Below are positions 11,291 through 22,755 of a stretch of 64,000 nt of DNA, one piece after another. Below the pieces are notes generated by a model. It was not told the DNA's origin and searched no databases. It was given only the letters and a program-made list of their open reading frames with translations. The first letter of the stretch is position 1. Each line of letters starts with the position of its first letter. A program made the position numbers and the translations under genes. The DNA is taken from assembly GCA_030390025.1 (NCBI GenBank), contig CM059432.1, positions 46,130,001-46,194,000 on the forward strand. Direction: 5' to 3'. Source of the DNA: Squalus acanthias (lineage: Eukaryota).

Positions 11291-12354
11291 CTCCTCCTCC
11301 TCTTGTTATGCATCCTGAGCTTTACCCTCTGGCACAATTGCGAGTGGTAATGGCTGGTCTCTCAATCGCTAGATTGTGGAGCATGCAACAAATCACCATG
11401 AATGTGGACACCTTCTCGGCCGAGTACTGCAGGGCACCTCCTGACCGGTCAAGGCATCTAAACCTCTGCTTGAGGACCCCAATGGTCTACTCAATGATAT
11501 TTCTGGTGGCTGAGTGGCTTTCATTGTATGAGTGCTCAGCTGGTGTCTGGGGGATTCTCAGGGGACTGATGAGCCATGGCATCAGAGGATATCCCTTGAC
11601 ACCTAGTAGCCAGCCATGCATCTTGCATTGGGGCTCAAAGATCTGTGGGACGGATGACTGTCTTATTATAAATGCATCATAGCAGGATAGCAGATATTTA
11701 CCTGCGCTGCCGGTGGTCACAGAGAAGCTGTACATTGAGGGAATTGAATCCCTTCCTGTTCCTGAACAACTCCGAGTTTAAATGAGGGGCTCACATGGCC
11801 ACATGTGTACAGTCAATGGCTCCCTGGACCTTGGGGAACCCTGCAATCCTGTCGAATCCTAGTGCTCTCTGCCTCTGGTCTTCTCTGGCAATAGGGAATG
11901 ATATGTTTTCATTCCTCAGAGCATATAGAGCCGCAGAGACCTCCCTTATGCAGAAGTGCACAAAGGAATGTGACATGTGACTTATATCACCTGTGGTAGC
12001 CTGGAAGGTTCCATTAGCATAAAAGTTAAGTGACACTGTGACCTTGACTGCCACAGGCGATGCAGTCCTGGCTGTGCTGCGATGTCTGAGTCTTCCTTCC
12101 ACAAGACCACAGATCTCTGTAATGACCTCCTTGGTAAAGCGCAGCCCCGTCATGCACTGGTCTTGGGTCATGTGAATGTAGGAGTAGTGCTCTCTGAATA
12201 ACCTAGGTGGATAGGTCCTCATGCTGAGAGCCCTCCTCGCCCTCCTGTCTCTCCGAGCCCTCAGTCCTGCAGTAGCTGGTGCTTCACTGCCTAGCCTCAT
12301 CGCCTCTTCCAAATCGTCATGCAGAGCAAGGGGCACCCCTATCAAGATGCCCAT
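11150..12354 (-). pseudogene. PIF/Harbinger DDE transposase (HARBI1-like family), inactivated
   Basis: LRFTKE, KVTVSLNFYANGTFQ, GFPKVQGAIDCTHV, RNRKGFNSLNVQLLCD, WLLGVKGYPL (catalytic D changed to V), TRNIIE*TIGVLKQRFRCL, CCMLHN and an acidic tail; stops and a frameshift. Confidence 0.9.
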
Positions 12355-12980
12355 GACCAACCACTCCCTTTCTCAGGGTGACTCCTGTAAGGTAGAGTAG
12401 CACAGCACACCCTCTTTTTAGGTGAAGTTCTGAGAGATTGTCCGGGAAAAATGTTGATAGGGTGTTGGTGAAGTCTTGACAAAGTGTCCCAGAAAGTCTC
12501 CCGATGTGTCTCAAAAGTCCTCTTCAAACGCAGTGCAGTCAGTCAATCTCAATCAGCAAGTGAACATTGAAAGCTGAGCATGGCTTTAAGTAGTGCTCGA
12601 AATAGTCAGCAAGGACTTGTTTACCCCTGTTCAGCTGGTCGGTATTAGGAGAGGTCATTAAGTTAAGAGTTATCCACCAAAATAACATACAGCCTCTTTA
12701 ATGAGCACTAGCAGGCAATTTAATTGTCAATGAGCTTCAACTCCTTTACCAAGATGGTGTCTTGCGCTAAACACGGGCTAAATCAGCATTGCAGCTTAAG
12801 ACTCCATCTTGGCTACCTCTTTACCTCTTTAGTGCCTAAAGGATTCAGCCAAAATAGCCCCCAATCTCTTTTTTCTTTCCAGAATAGTGCTCCGGATTAA
12901 CTTCTATATGCTGCTTTAGTATGTTATATAATTCTATAAGGTACTTTTTCAATTATACCTTAAAAGGCTGAAGAGTCTAA

Positions 12981-15185
12981 GGGCTAAAAATTCAGGGGCT
13001 TAACGCCACCTGTTACCGGCAAAAAATGGCAAAAAGAAGGCTAGCTGGTGGCGGGTCCGCTGCGTCCTACATTTTCCTACATTTTCCTAGGCCCGGTAGC
13101 GCTGCCATTAAGAAGTATCACCCTGCAAAGAAAAATGCCGGAGTGCACGCCGACTTAACGTCACCACAGCAAAATTTGAGCCTAGCGTTGAGTTCAGCGG
13201 TGGTCCTAAGCACAGCAGGTAAACCCAGCAGGCAAGGAGACTCACAAAGGTGCTGTCAGCACCTCTTAAAGGGACACACACATCTTTCAGTTAAGTTTGC
13301 AATTAAGCTTTTGGACTGGATGTTTTTGATTTTACTGAAGTAGTGGCTTGGTGCAATACATGTTAAAAGTTTTTTAAGTGAGTAGGGAGTGCTGCTGGAT
13401 GCTTGCAAGGCCTCGGATGGTAAAATAACAGAAAATGCTGCAAATACTCAGCACGTCAGGCAACATCCATGGAGAGAGAAACAGAGTTCATGTCTCAGGT
13501 CAAGATGCTGCCTGACCTGTTGAATATTTCCAGCATTTTATGCTGTCATTTCAGAGTTACAGCACCCGCTCACAGAGGGAAGAGGAAGATGCAGAAGAGG
13601 TAGAAGCAGAAGAGGAGAAAGCAGAAGAGGAGGAAGCAGAAGGAAGGATGCAACCCAGACAGTCTCTTTCTAGTCGGGATATCTGGGATGGAATCATCCA
13701 CCTGCGGTCTCAGTGACCACAACCCCAATTCCCTTTTCAACATTAGCCCCACACCTTACCTTCCCTCTGTTACTGACCATCACAGTGTCCTCTTGGCCAC
13801 GATGCTGAAATAAAAGCCACCAGAAAGCAAACTTTCCAATCCAACTTTATACATCTATCCATCCAATATGAAATCAAGAAATCAACTCATCACCCTTATG
13901 CATTCTCTTAGTGACTGTCTTGTGTGTGCCTTTGCCTATCCTAGTGATGTCACACAGTGCTACCCAAGTGGCTGCAGCATGGCTGGAGGAAGGCTGCTGA
14001 ATTTCAGTGGGGGACATTAAAAATGGCCTTGCTGGTCGACCTTGAGGAGCTGGTGGCTGGGAGTGTGAAATCAAGTAACGGTGTTTCTTCTTCTTTTTCT
14101 TCTTCACTCTTCTCTCCCTCTTCTTGGCCAACCACTGGCTGGGTAGGCTTCATTTCTTGGGTGTGTGAAATGAGGAAGGCGCAAGGGTGGAGTTGTGGTG
14201 AGGGGAGGGCGGAAAAGCAAGAGGTGCATGCCAGAAGGAGGATAACGTATGAGGATACCAGCATCTTGTATCCTTTCTGCCCTGTTGCTGGCCAAGGGCT
14301 TAGCCATGCCCCTGCCAAGAATAGCCTGCACCGTCTCCTCCAAGGGGTGAGGTGAGGTGAGGCTAGGAATGGGAAATCTGCCTCGTGATTGGTACAGATT
14401 GTTAGTAGGTGAGTAATTGACGGGGGGAGTCAAGCTTTGAGCAGTGTGTGAGGATAGTGTTTCAGTTAGTAGGAGACGACTTTTGAAGATGCATTCACTG
14501 GCCTTGACCAGTGGTCTGAAGTCATGAAGCATCATTGGGCACTGGAGCCAGATGGTGGGGTGACACTGCTGGCAGTGACAGCCTTGGTGATGTGGTCCCA
14601 CATCCTTCTTTCTGGAAGGCCTCCTGGCCCCTTGTGGGTAGAGGACCTCTCTTGCAGTGTTGACCTCCTGCACAAAGCTAGAGTGCTGCATGCAAGACCC
14701 TGGGTGCCCCTTCCCTGGCTTGCTGAGCCATTTGTGTTAGCGCTGAAGCACTTTTCCCATTTTTTGAGGTTCGGAAGGGAATTCAGCTTTCAGTGCTGAA
14801 GACTCCCTTTTGGGACTTCTTTTTCTAATGTTAATGTTTGTTAAAAAGGCAGTAAGGGCTGAAAACTTCAATTTTTATTAGCTCTGAACGCATTGCCCCT
14901 TTAATTCATAGACCTTTTAATGACCCACAATTCCTTGTGAACTCCACAGCCTTGCTCCCAGAGGCTGTTAGAAGCTGAAACGCTGCTTCAGGATGGGAAC
15001 ATCGACTTCCATGCCTGCGCTAACGCCACCAGGAGGGCATTACATAGTAAGTTAGCACTGGGCTAAAAATCTTTGGCCCCCAGCGCAAATTTTTCTCGAG
15101 TAGCGCTGCGTCCATTTTCAACGGCCGTTAACCCGAGTTGCCAATGACACCAGCAACTCTTGTGGCGGCCACGAATTTTTCCCCC
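12981..15185. mobile_element. Internally deleted Harbinger element with a Myb-like remnant on the minus strand
   Basis: TIR GGGCTAAAAATTC...GAATTTTTCCCCC; TSD TAA; VQEVNTAREVLYPQGARRPS...WLQC remnant at 14500-14690. Confidence 0.75.
13420..13570. repeat. Palindromic Penelope-derived short element (head-to-head arms; ribozyme core mostly lost)
   Basis: AAAATGCTGCAAATACTCAGCACGTCAGGCAACATC ... GATGCTGCCTGACCTGTTGAATATTTCCAGCATTTT; same family as 21550-21682 and 55167-55469. Confidence 0.65.
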
Positions 15186-16224
15186 TAAGTTTTTCAAGCA
15201 TCCTTTCACAACTCAGTCCTTTGATACTAGGGGTAAACCTTTTGGCCCTTTTCTCCATCTCTTCTGGGGCTGGGATAGTTCACTTGTCTGTCAGTGACAA
15301 AATGGAATGCAGTGCTCAAGATGTGTCTTAACCAGAGCACTGTACAATTTGATTTTGACAGTTTCAGACTTGTACTTTGCTGATTTGAATCACTGGGGCA
15401 ATTTTCCTCTATGAGCATCTGCCCAACAGGTGCTGTGTTCCTAAGTACATTGTTCCCGTTGTTACCAAAGACTTTATGATTTTCCTGTGCAGGCCTTATA
15501 CATGAACTGGGTGTACAGGCTCGCACCTATGGTTGTGCCTTGCACCTAAACATCAGGGATGAAATCAGAGCAGCAGCCAGAAGGCTCTGAGATGTTTAGA
15601 CCATCTTGAGGAGTTAAAAGAATAAAAATTTTCCTCAAACATCTTCAGCCTGCCCCATGATCCTCAAAGGCATTCCAATCTACAAGGGTCCCGGGATCGG
15701 CCCATAAGCCAGCTTTCTTCATGTGCCCCTATGGTGGGCCACCCAATGAGGAGTATACTGCGGTCAGTAAAACCTCCTCCTGCCTCTTTGACATAGGACC
15801 TCTGGCCCTGCACCCACTGCAGACCCAGTTACATCAAAAGGGAAATGGCCAAGAAATCCTGGGGGAGCAGATGGGGCACAGAGATCTAACTTAGCAGGTA
15901 TCTACCCTTTTGTCTTCTTTAATTTGTTTGGGAAGAAGAAAATCTATCCTTCTAGCTCAGCATTCTGTTAGCTTTATTGATTGCTGCTTTGCATTGACTT
16001 GACATTCTAAGTGTTGAATCTACTATCGCGCCCAGATTTCATTAAACCTAGCTCATTCAACACCAGCTCATTGAGTAAGTAGGTCTCCCATTCCTTCCTT
16101 CAATGTGCACTTGTCCAAATTGAATTTCAATGACCATACTTCTGTTCACTTGTACATTTTGTCTCGATCCTTCTATAGTTCCATGGCTGCCTTCTACCAT
16201 CTGTAATTCTAGCCAAATTGCATT

Positions 16225-17725
16225 GGCCCATATTTTCCGATGCCTGCGGGTGTGTACGCGCTGTGTACACACCCGTAGGGACATCGGAAATGCAGGTTTC
16301 AGGCATGCGAAGCGCATGCGCTGAAAACCGGCATTTCCGATCTGTCAAGAATGGTCTTGACAGATCGCACGCCTGCCCTGGAGAAGGGCCTGGGGTGTTC
16401 CGCTTTCTGCAGAACCTCCGCCCGCTGAAATCAATTAAAAATCTTACGCGTAAGGCCTGCTTTTACCAGCATAAGAGTATAAAAAAAGTTTTTTTTTAAA
16501 TTTCACTCATTTATAATTTTTTAATACTTTTTAAAAAGGTAAGTTTATTTTTAGCCCTGTAAAATACTTTAATTATTTTTTTCAAAAAATTAAATTTTTC
16601 TTTAAAATATTTAATTTAATGTAATTTTAACTCATTTTAAAACGTGAACGTTTTTTTAAAAATTATTTAATGGCCCAAAAATTCGGCCCTTCCCGGGCGA
16701 GTACGCACTCTGTACTCACCCGTATTCATTCCCGAAGTGCCGGTTTCCTGCATGCATTGCGCATGCGTGGGAAACCGGCACTTCCGGTATGGCATAGGGG
16801 GCGGTTCCTAGGTGAACCGCGTGCGCACCAGAGGCTGCGCGCATGCAGCACACTTAGGTTTTTTTCAGGTTTCAACGCGAGGGGAAGTATGGAAGATTTT
16901 ACACAAGTAAAAAGGAGGTGTAAGACCCCTTTTGAACAAGGTAAGTAGTTAATTAAGTATAATTTTAAAAAAAATTCAACAGGTTTATCTTTTTTAGAGA
17001 CTTTAAAGAAAGGTAAGTTTATTTTTATAACTTTTAAAAAGAATTTAAATTTTTTCAAAAATTTAAATTTTTGTTTAAAGTGGTTAATTTATTTAACTAT
17101 AGTTATTTTATTAATGTGATGGTTTTTAAAAAAAATTATTTGAGGTTTAGCTGTTCTTTTGGGGCCGATTTCAATTCACAGATTTGACAGGTCTCCTGTC
17201 AAATCTATGAATGAAAGATGGTCTGCTGCCATTGGCTCTCCATGGCCCACGTGATCCCAGAGGTCGCATCACACTAACTGCGCCCCTGGAACACGCAAGC
17301 ACTGCGCGCCGGCGCTAGGGAGAGGCCCAGGACCCGAAGTTCCTGTGGGCCCGAAACACAACGGCAGGCGTGGTAGATAAGAGCGCGCGCGATCCTTACC
17401 CCCGCGGCAAGCCGGCCACCCGAATTTCTAGGCCATTGTTTTCGTGTCTTTTTTCAGTGATCCCCATTCATACTTTTGACAGGTCTGCATGTCAAAAGTA
17501 TGAAGGGGAATTCCCTTCTTTCACTGGCTCGCCTGGTCCACATGATCCCAGGGACGCTTGCGAACCGCCTGCGCCCCTGGGATACATGGGCCCTGCGCAT
17601 TTCGACTGTGGAGAGGCCCAGGATTGGAAGTGTCCGGACTTCGGGAGCCCTCAGGTAAGGGCGTGGACTTTTTCCCGATAGGAGGCATCCACATACAGGA
17701 AGTCTCCTATCGGAAATTATGGGCC
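16225..17725. mobile_element. Harbinger-type MITE with a related MITE nested inside (16672-17434)
   Basis: Outer TIR GGCCCATATTTTCCGAT/ATCGGAAATTATGGGCC with TSD ATT; inner TIR GGCCCAAAAATTCGG/CCGAATTTCTAGGCC; sits in an old minus-strand CR1 RT relic ([20 protein letters not shown] across 19075/17777-17730). Confidence 0.8.
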
Positions 17726-17777
17726 ATTTTGTTTCTGAATCTAGGTCAGTTATGTCGATGAAGAACAATAGGGAGCC

Positions 17778-19046
17778 TGTAGGGGGTGGTGTGCGGGGGT
17801 CAGCCTCACCTCTGACTCAGTGAGTGGTTCGAATCACTCCCACGCCCCTGGTTCTAGACCTTGGACTTATTTAGGGGTCGTGAACAAAGGTGCAGTAGAC
17901 AACAGGATTGATGAAAGAACTTTGACTTTTATTCAAGGAAGTAAAACACAACACAAACACTCTTAACACTCTAAAGGTGGGGAACACTTCGGTACAAGCG
18001 AGGGAAAATAACATTAGAAGAATACTTCACCCCTCCCAATCCCACTTCACTAGCTAGGTTGGACTCTGGAGAACCAGGGATAATGCTCACCAAACGAATC
18101 CTTGACAGTTTAGAGCTAGGGTTTAGAGTCTTTTGAGTAAAAGGTTTCGTAAGGCCCTTGTTGCCGCGAGGTGTCCGATGGTCACTGAGGCAGTCGCTCT
18201 GGTTTCTTCTTGCGTGTCGGTCTGCTTGTGAAGCTGTTGGCCTTCTTTGTTTAACTTCTTGCTGTAACTCTGCCTCTGTTTAAACCTACTTCTTCCGAGC
18301 TGTGGAACTGCCTTCTTGCAGAACTGTGGAAACTGCCTTCTTGCAGAACTGTGGAAACTGCCTTCTGCCTGCTTCTGTAACTGCAGCCCTGACTTCTGTT
18401 CAACACAGGCTTTCAATTCTGTTGAACTTGAACTGTTTTACTGGAGAACTTGAACTGGTAACTGCTTGATGGGCCTTCAATTATACTAAATTGAAGTGGC
18501 CTTATCAAAACCAAATCAAATCCCGGTCATTGTAAGACCTCGTTAACAGTAACAACTTTACTAAGTGTCAAATGGCTTGCGTCCTGTCGATCTCTTTGGT
18601 TGATTACAGGTGATTGGTTTCATCTTTTGGGTTTCTAGGCTGGACTCGGGTTTTTCTATAGAATGGTCCTGAGCGATTTGAATTATGCATGGTTTTGATG
18701 GGTCTGTGATAGGTTTTAATGGGGCCTGTGTTTTGGGTGGGTCTGCCTTATCCCAGGGTCTATTGTCCAAATATTAATGCTTGCTGGGGCTTGAGTGAGG
18801 TCATCCCGATTCCCCAGACAATGCAATTTAACTGCAATACCCAAAACTGCTTTTACAGAGGTCGAACCCACCTCCTGTGCAGCCTTTTCTCCCTTACAGG
18901 TCCAGACATGTCTTTTAAAATGCCAAAACTTGTTTTTTGGTCTTAAATTCCTTATGTTAGGCCCAAATGTATTTTATCACTCTGAGGTAGTTCCAAAGTC
19001 CTTTTTCCTTAGGTTTTGGGGATCTGCAAATTTTGGAAACCTTACA
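17778..19046 (-). mobile_element. Solo LTR (1269 bp)
   Basis: TGTAGG...CCTTACA ends; perfect 4-bp TSD AGCC; minus-strand TATA-like TATAAT near 18483 and AATAAA near 17930; short tandem repeat at 18298-18366. Confidence 0.8.
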
Positions 19047-19428
19047 AGCCCAACACTGATCCCTGAGGCACTCATTGGGGGTCATTTTTAATTCAATGTA
19101 AAATAAAATAAAAGTAGGCTGCCAATTCGCTATCGCCCATTAAGTTTATCGCCCTGATGATAAAGTTTAAATTACATCTTGTGCATGTCCCCAGCCTAAC
19201 ATTACTTCCCAAATTAGCCATTCTCCTCTCCTTCAGCCAATCCTTCATGCAAGTCACAAAGAGACCCACTCTGATTGAACAAAGACCTACATAATCCTTG
19301 CAGCAGATTTCCTTGCTACTTTTATCACCAGGAGGACTATCGCCTAGCATTTCTAATCAGCATTATTTTAATGTTAACATTAACTAATTTGGGCATTTAT
19401 TTCCGGCATCTAAATTTAGAATCCAATC

Positions 19429-20012
19429 ATTGGACAAGAAATCCAAACCTGTCTGAATACAAATTGAGTAAAGTTTGATTCTAACATATTTGGATTCCTG
19501 TGAATCATCTTAGCCAAGACTTATGGGGCTGGTTTTTGTATTGCTACTTCCCCGTTAATGCCAATAAAAGGGGCAATAGCAAGATGAAAATTGGAAAAAA
19601 AATGTCGACTGGCCATGGAGATCCGTCCGTTCCAATTTAATTAAAATATTCAAACTGGGGTCAACTCACATTCTCAGGTTCTTCAATGCCATTTTCATGT
19701 CAATCAGCACTGCCACTGCTATTCCCTCAACCCACCCACAAACCATGGGCAGTACAGGTCGGGAGGTGGCCATTACAGAGCTATTTAAAGGGATCCTTAG
19801 CTGCAGTTGAAGAAAGCTGGTAACTGTTTTGGCACTCTTTTTTTTCTTCATTCTAATGAGAGTATCGCCTCTTTTATCGGCATTAACGGGGAAGTAGCAA
19901 TACAAAAACCAGCCCCATAAGTCTTGGCTAAGATGATTCACAGGAATCCAAATATGCCAGAATCAAACTTTACTCAATTTGTATTCAGACAGGTTTAGAT
20001 TTCTTGTACAAT
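19429..20012. repeat. ~150-bp near-perfect inverted repeat (19429-19578 / 19863-20012) around a ~285-bp spacer
   Basis: Direct reverse-complement match with only a few mismatches; contains a GGGGCTGGTTTT Harbinger-like terminus. Confidence 0.9.
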
Positions 20013-21549
20013 AAGTTTGTTACCTTGTTGCTGAGTGTGTTCATAAAATTTCCCTGCCGCTGAAATCTGCTGCACGTTTCACCTCCGATGCTTCAAGCCT
20101 TTAAGAACATAAGAAATAGGAGCAGGAATAGGCCACTTGGCCCCTTGAGCCTGCTCCACCATTCAATAAGATCATGGCTGATCTTGGGCTCAAAGCCACT
20201 TCCCTGCCCGCTCCCCATAACCCTTCACTCCCTTATCTTGCAAAAGGTATTGCTGCAGGCCTATGATGAGTGGCAGATTCCCCACCCTCCTAAATGGCGA
20301 AGTGCCCATAAGCAGTGTGATAAGCGATGGCAACAACTTCCATTTATAGAGCCCCTTTAATGTAGTAAAATGTCTCAAGGCAACTCGCTGTTGTATTTAA
20401 ATGAGGCTTTACCACCAAAATCATTCAAGCCTCCTACTTAACATCATCGGCTGGGTAGAGCAGGTGGACCACCTACCGATCTGTGCTCCATACCGAAATC
20501 GATCTAGATTTCCCTGTACGTGAAGTAAAACTGGTATACATTCCAATTTTGCATTTTTTAAGCACCAGGTCATATTTTGATAGAAATTGTGTAACGTGGC
20601 AATAATGTTGTGTCATAGAAATAAATCAGATTAATTCATAGGCAATGATCTTTATAAAAATGATATAGGACTCTCATTTATACCCCTCAGACGATCTTTT
20701 ATTTACTGACTTAGATGTTTAAAACTAGTCTTATGCCATAAAGAGAAAATTTAGTGGCAATTTGCAGTATTAAATAAAATATACATGACAGCATATATGA
20801 GACTCATTTTATCGCACAGTAGCATTTGTTCATGGAATTGTGTTGAAATTGTGGATAGGCCAGAACTAAGCCTGTTTGTGTGATGTTGAATGGTTACGAG
20901 AGGTTATTTCCCCTATATCATTGCCCAGTGATTTGGAAATATCATCAGTAGTGAGCAGTTTGCATATCCCTTGGAGCAACCCACGCTCACTGTCTTTGAA
21001 TACTCCAAGAAATACTGCTAGCTGCAAAATGTCAACTGAATCAATTCTTCAACAAATACAGTAAAGCCGTCACTTATCAGCCAAATATGGCCAGAATGCT
21101 TTTATCATGTTGCGTACATCCAGAACAGAATTGCTAGAATCATTTACTATTATATTGAAAAAGGAAAGAAAATGCATTTTGAAGAGGAAACATTTGTCCC
21201 AACACAGCTTCACTAGGTGATAACAGTGACAGTCCCATGTACGGGCCTAAACTACATTTATGGCTGAATGTAGTAGTGTGTATATCTAACCTGAGGCAAT
21301 GTGATAACACAAGAGTGAAGCAGATTAGATTTTCTAACTGAGTTATAAAAAGGTCGTGCATTTTCATTCCATACAGCTACTAAGGCCAAGTATTTCATGT
21401 GATAACTGCTGCAAAGTCTGGCAAACAATACAGCACAGATTCCATAATGTGTCCAGAACACAATGGTTTGTTTTTTAGATTTAAAGTGGTAACACTTGAG
21501 TCACCATCATGTTAGTTTTTAAAGTAGAAGACCATGGGAAAGGACTAAT

Positions 21550-21682
21550 ACAAAAGCAAAATACTGCACATGTTGGAAATCCAAAATAAAAATAGAAACT
21601 GCTGGAAATATTCAGCAGATCAGGCAGCATCTGTGGAGAGATAAACAGAGTAAACATTTCAGGTCGGTGACCTTTTGTCAGA
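21550..21682 (-). repeat. Penelope-derived short element with a degenerate hammerhead core
   Basis: Minus strand CTGACAA-A-AGGTC-ACC-GACCT-GAAA-TGTT...; the changes are compatible with CpG decay of CTGACGA and GAAACGT. Confidence 0.65.
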
Positions 21683-22205
21683 TCTATCTACATATGCTTA
21701 TTCTGTGTTTTTGCACTGCTTCCATTACAGCACTTGATCACTCAGTCCGCCATAAGTGAACATTCGTAAATGGTACAAGCACATCATTAACATTTTCTGT
21801 ACTGTAATGCTTCAATGAGTGTTGGGGAATGATAGAACTGAATATGCTACTATTACTCATAGTAGGCCCATGGTGCAGAAATTGGAATAGAAGGGAGTGC
21901 TGCTGAAACATAGAAACATAGAAACATAGAAGATAGGAGCAGGAGTAGGCCATTCGGCCCCTCGAGCCTGCTCCGCAATTCAATGCGATCATGGCTGATC
22001 ATCCAAATTCAGTACCCTGTCCCTGCTTTCTCCCTATATTCCTTGGTCCCTTTAGCTTTAAGAAATATATCTGACTCCTTCTTGAATATATTTAATGAAT
22101 TGGCCTCAACTGCCTTGGGTGGTAGAGAATTCCACAGGTTCACCACTCTCTGGGTGAAGAAATTCCTCCTCATCTCAGTCCTAAATGGCTTACCCCTTAT
22201 CCTTA

Positions 22206-22417
22206 TGTGAGAAGTCGCACAACACCAGGTTATAGTCCAACAGGTTTATTTGAAATCACAAGCTTTCGGAGCGCTGCTCCTTCGTCAGGTGAAGTCACGA
22301 AGGAGCAGCGCTCCAAAAGCTTGTGATTTCAAATAAAACTGTTGGACTATAACCTGGTGTTGTGCGACTTCTCACATTTGTCCACCCCAGTCCAACACCG
22401 GCATTTCCACATCATGG
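22206..22417. mobile_element. Penelope-like inverted terminal-repeat (hairpin) insertion
   Basis: ~80-bp inverted arms (22206-22285 / 22297-22377); matches 44150-44276; TSD CCCTTATCCTTA/CCCTTATTCTTA. Confidence 0.85.
22256..22292 (-). ncRNA. Minimal type I hammerhead ribozyme core
   Basis: UCAC-CUGACGA-A-GGAGC-AGC-GCUCC-GAAA-G-CUU-GUGA: stem I UCAC/GUGA, stem II GGAGC/GCUCC, palindromic stem III AAGCUU. Confidence 0.75.
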
Positions 22418-22755
22418 CCCTTATTCTTAGACTGTGACCCCTGGTTCAGGACTCCCCCGCCATCGGGAACATCCTTCCTGCATCTAGTCTGTCTAGTCCT
22501 GTTAGAATTTTATAAGTTTCAATGAGATCCCCTCTCATTCTTCTAAACTCTAGCGAATATAAGCCTAATCGACCTAATCTCTCTTCATACGTCATTCCTG
22601 CCATCCCAGGTATCAGTCTGGTGACTCTTCGCTGCACTCCCTCCATGGCAAGAACATCCTTTCTCAGATAAGGCGACCAAAACTGCACACAATAGTTAAG
22701 GTGTGGTCTCACCAAGGCCCTGTACAACTGCAGCAAGACATCCTTGCTCCTGTAA

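Larger units (their letters stand above)
7770..12862. mobile_element. Decayed autonomous-type PIF/Harbinger transposon (Myb/SANT-like gene on +, transposase on -, convergent)
   Basis: Imperfect TIR (A)GGTTATTTTGGC...GCCAAAATAGCCCC; both Harbinger genes are recognisable; carries a nested MITE and SINE. Confidence 0.8.

Noticed and set aside
11125..11682. 185-aa polyproline ORF on +
   Set aside because: Antisense shadow of the acidic (GAG/GAA)n tail of the Harbinger transposase.
11150..12354. Host HARBI1 gene
   Set aside because: Stops, a frameshift, a mutated catalytic Asp, TIRs and a linked Myb-like gene show it is a transposon copy.
18298..18366. Short direct repeats as a CRISPR-like array
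   Set aside because: Head-to-tail repeats without spacers, inside a eukaryotic LTR.
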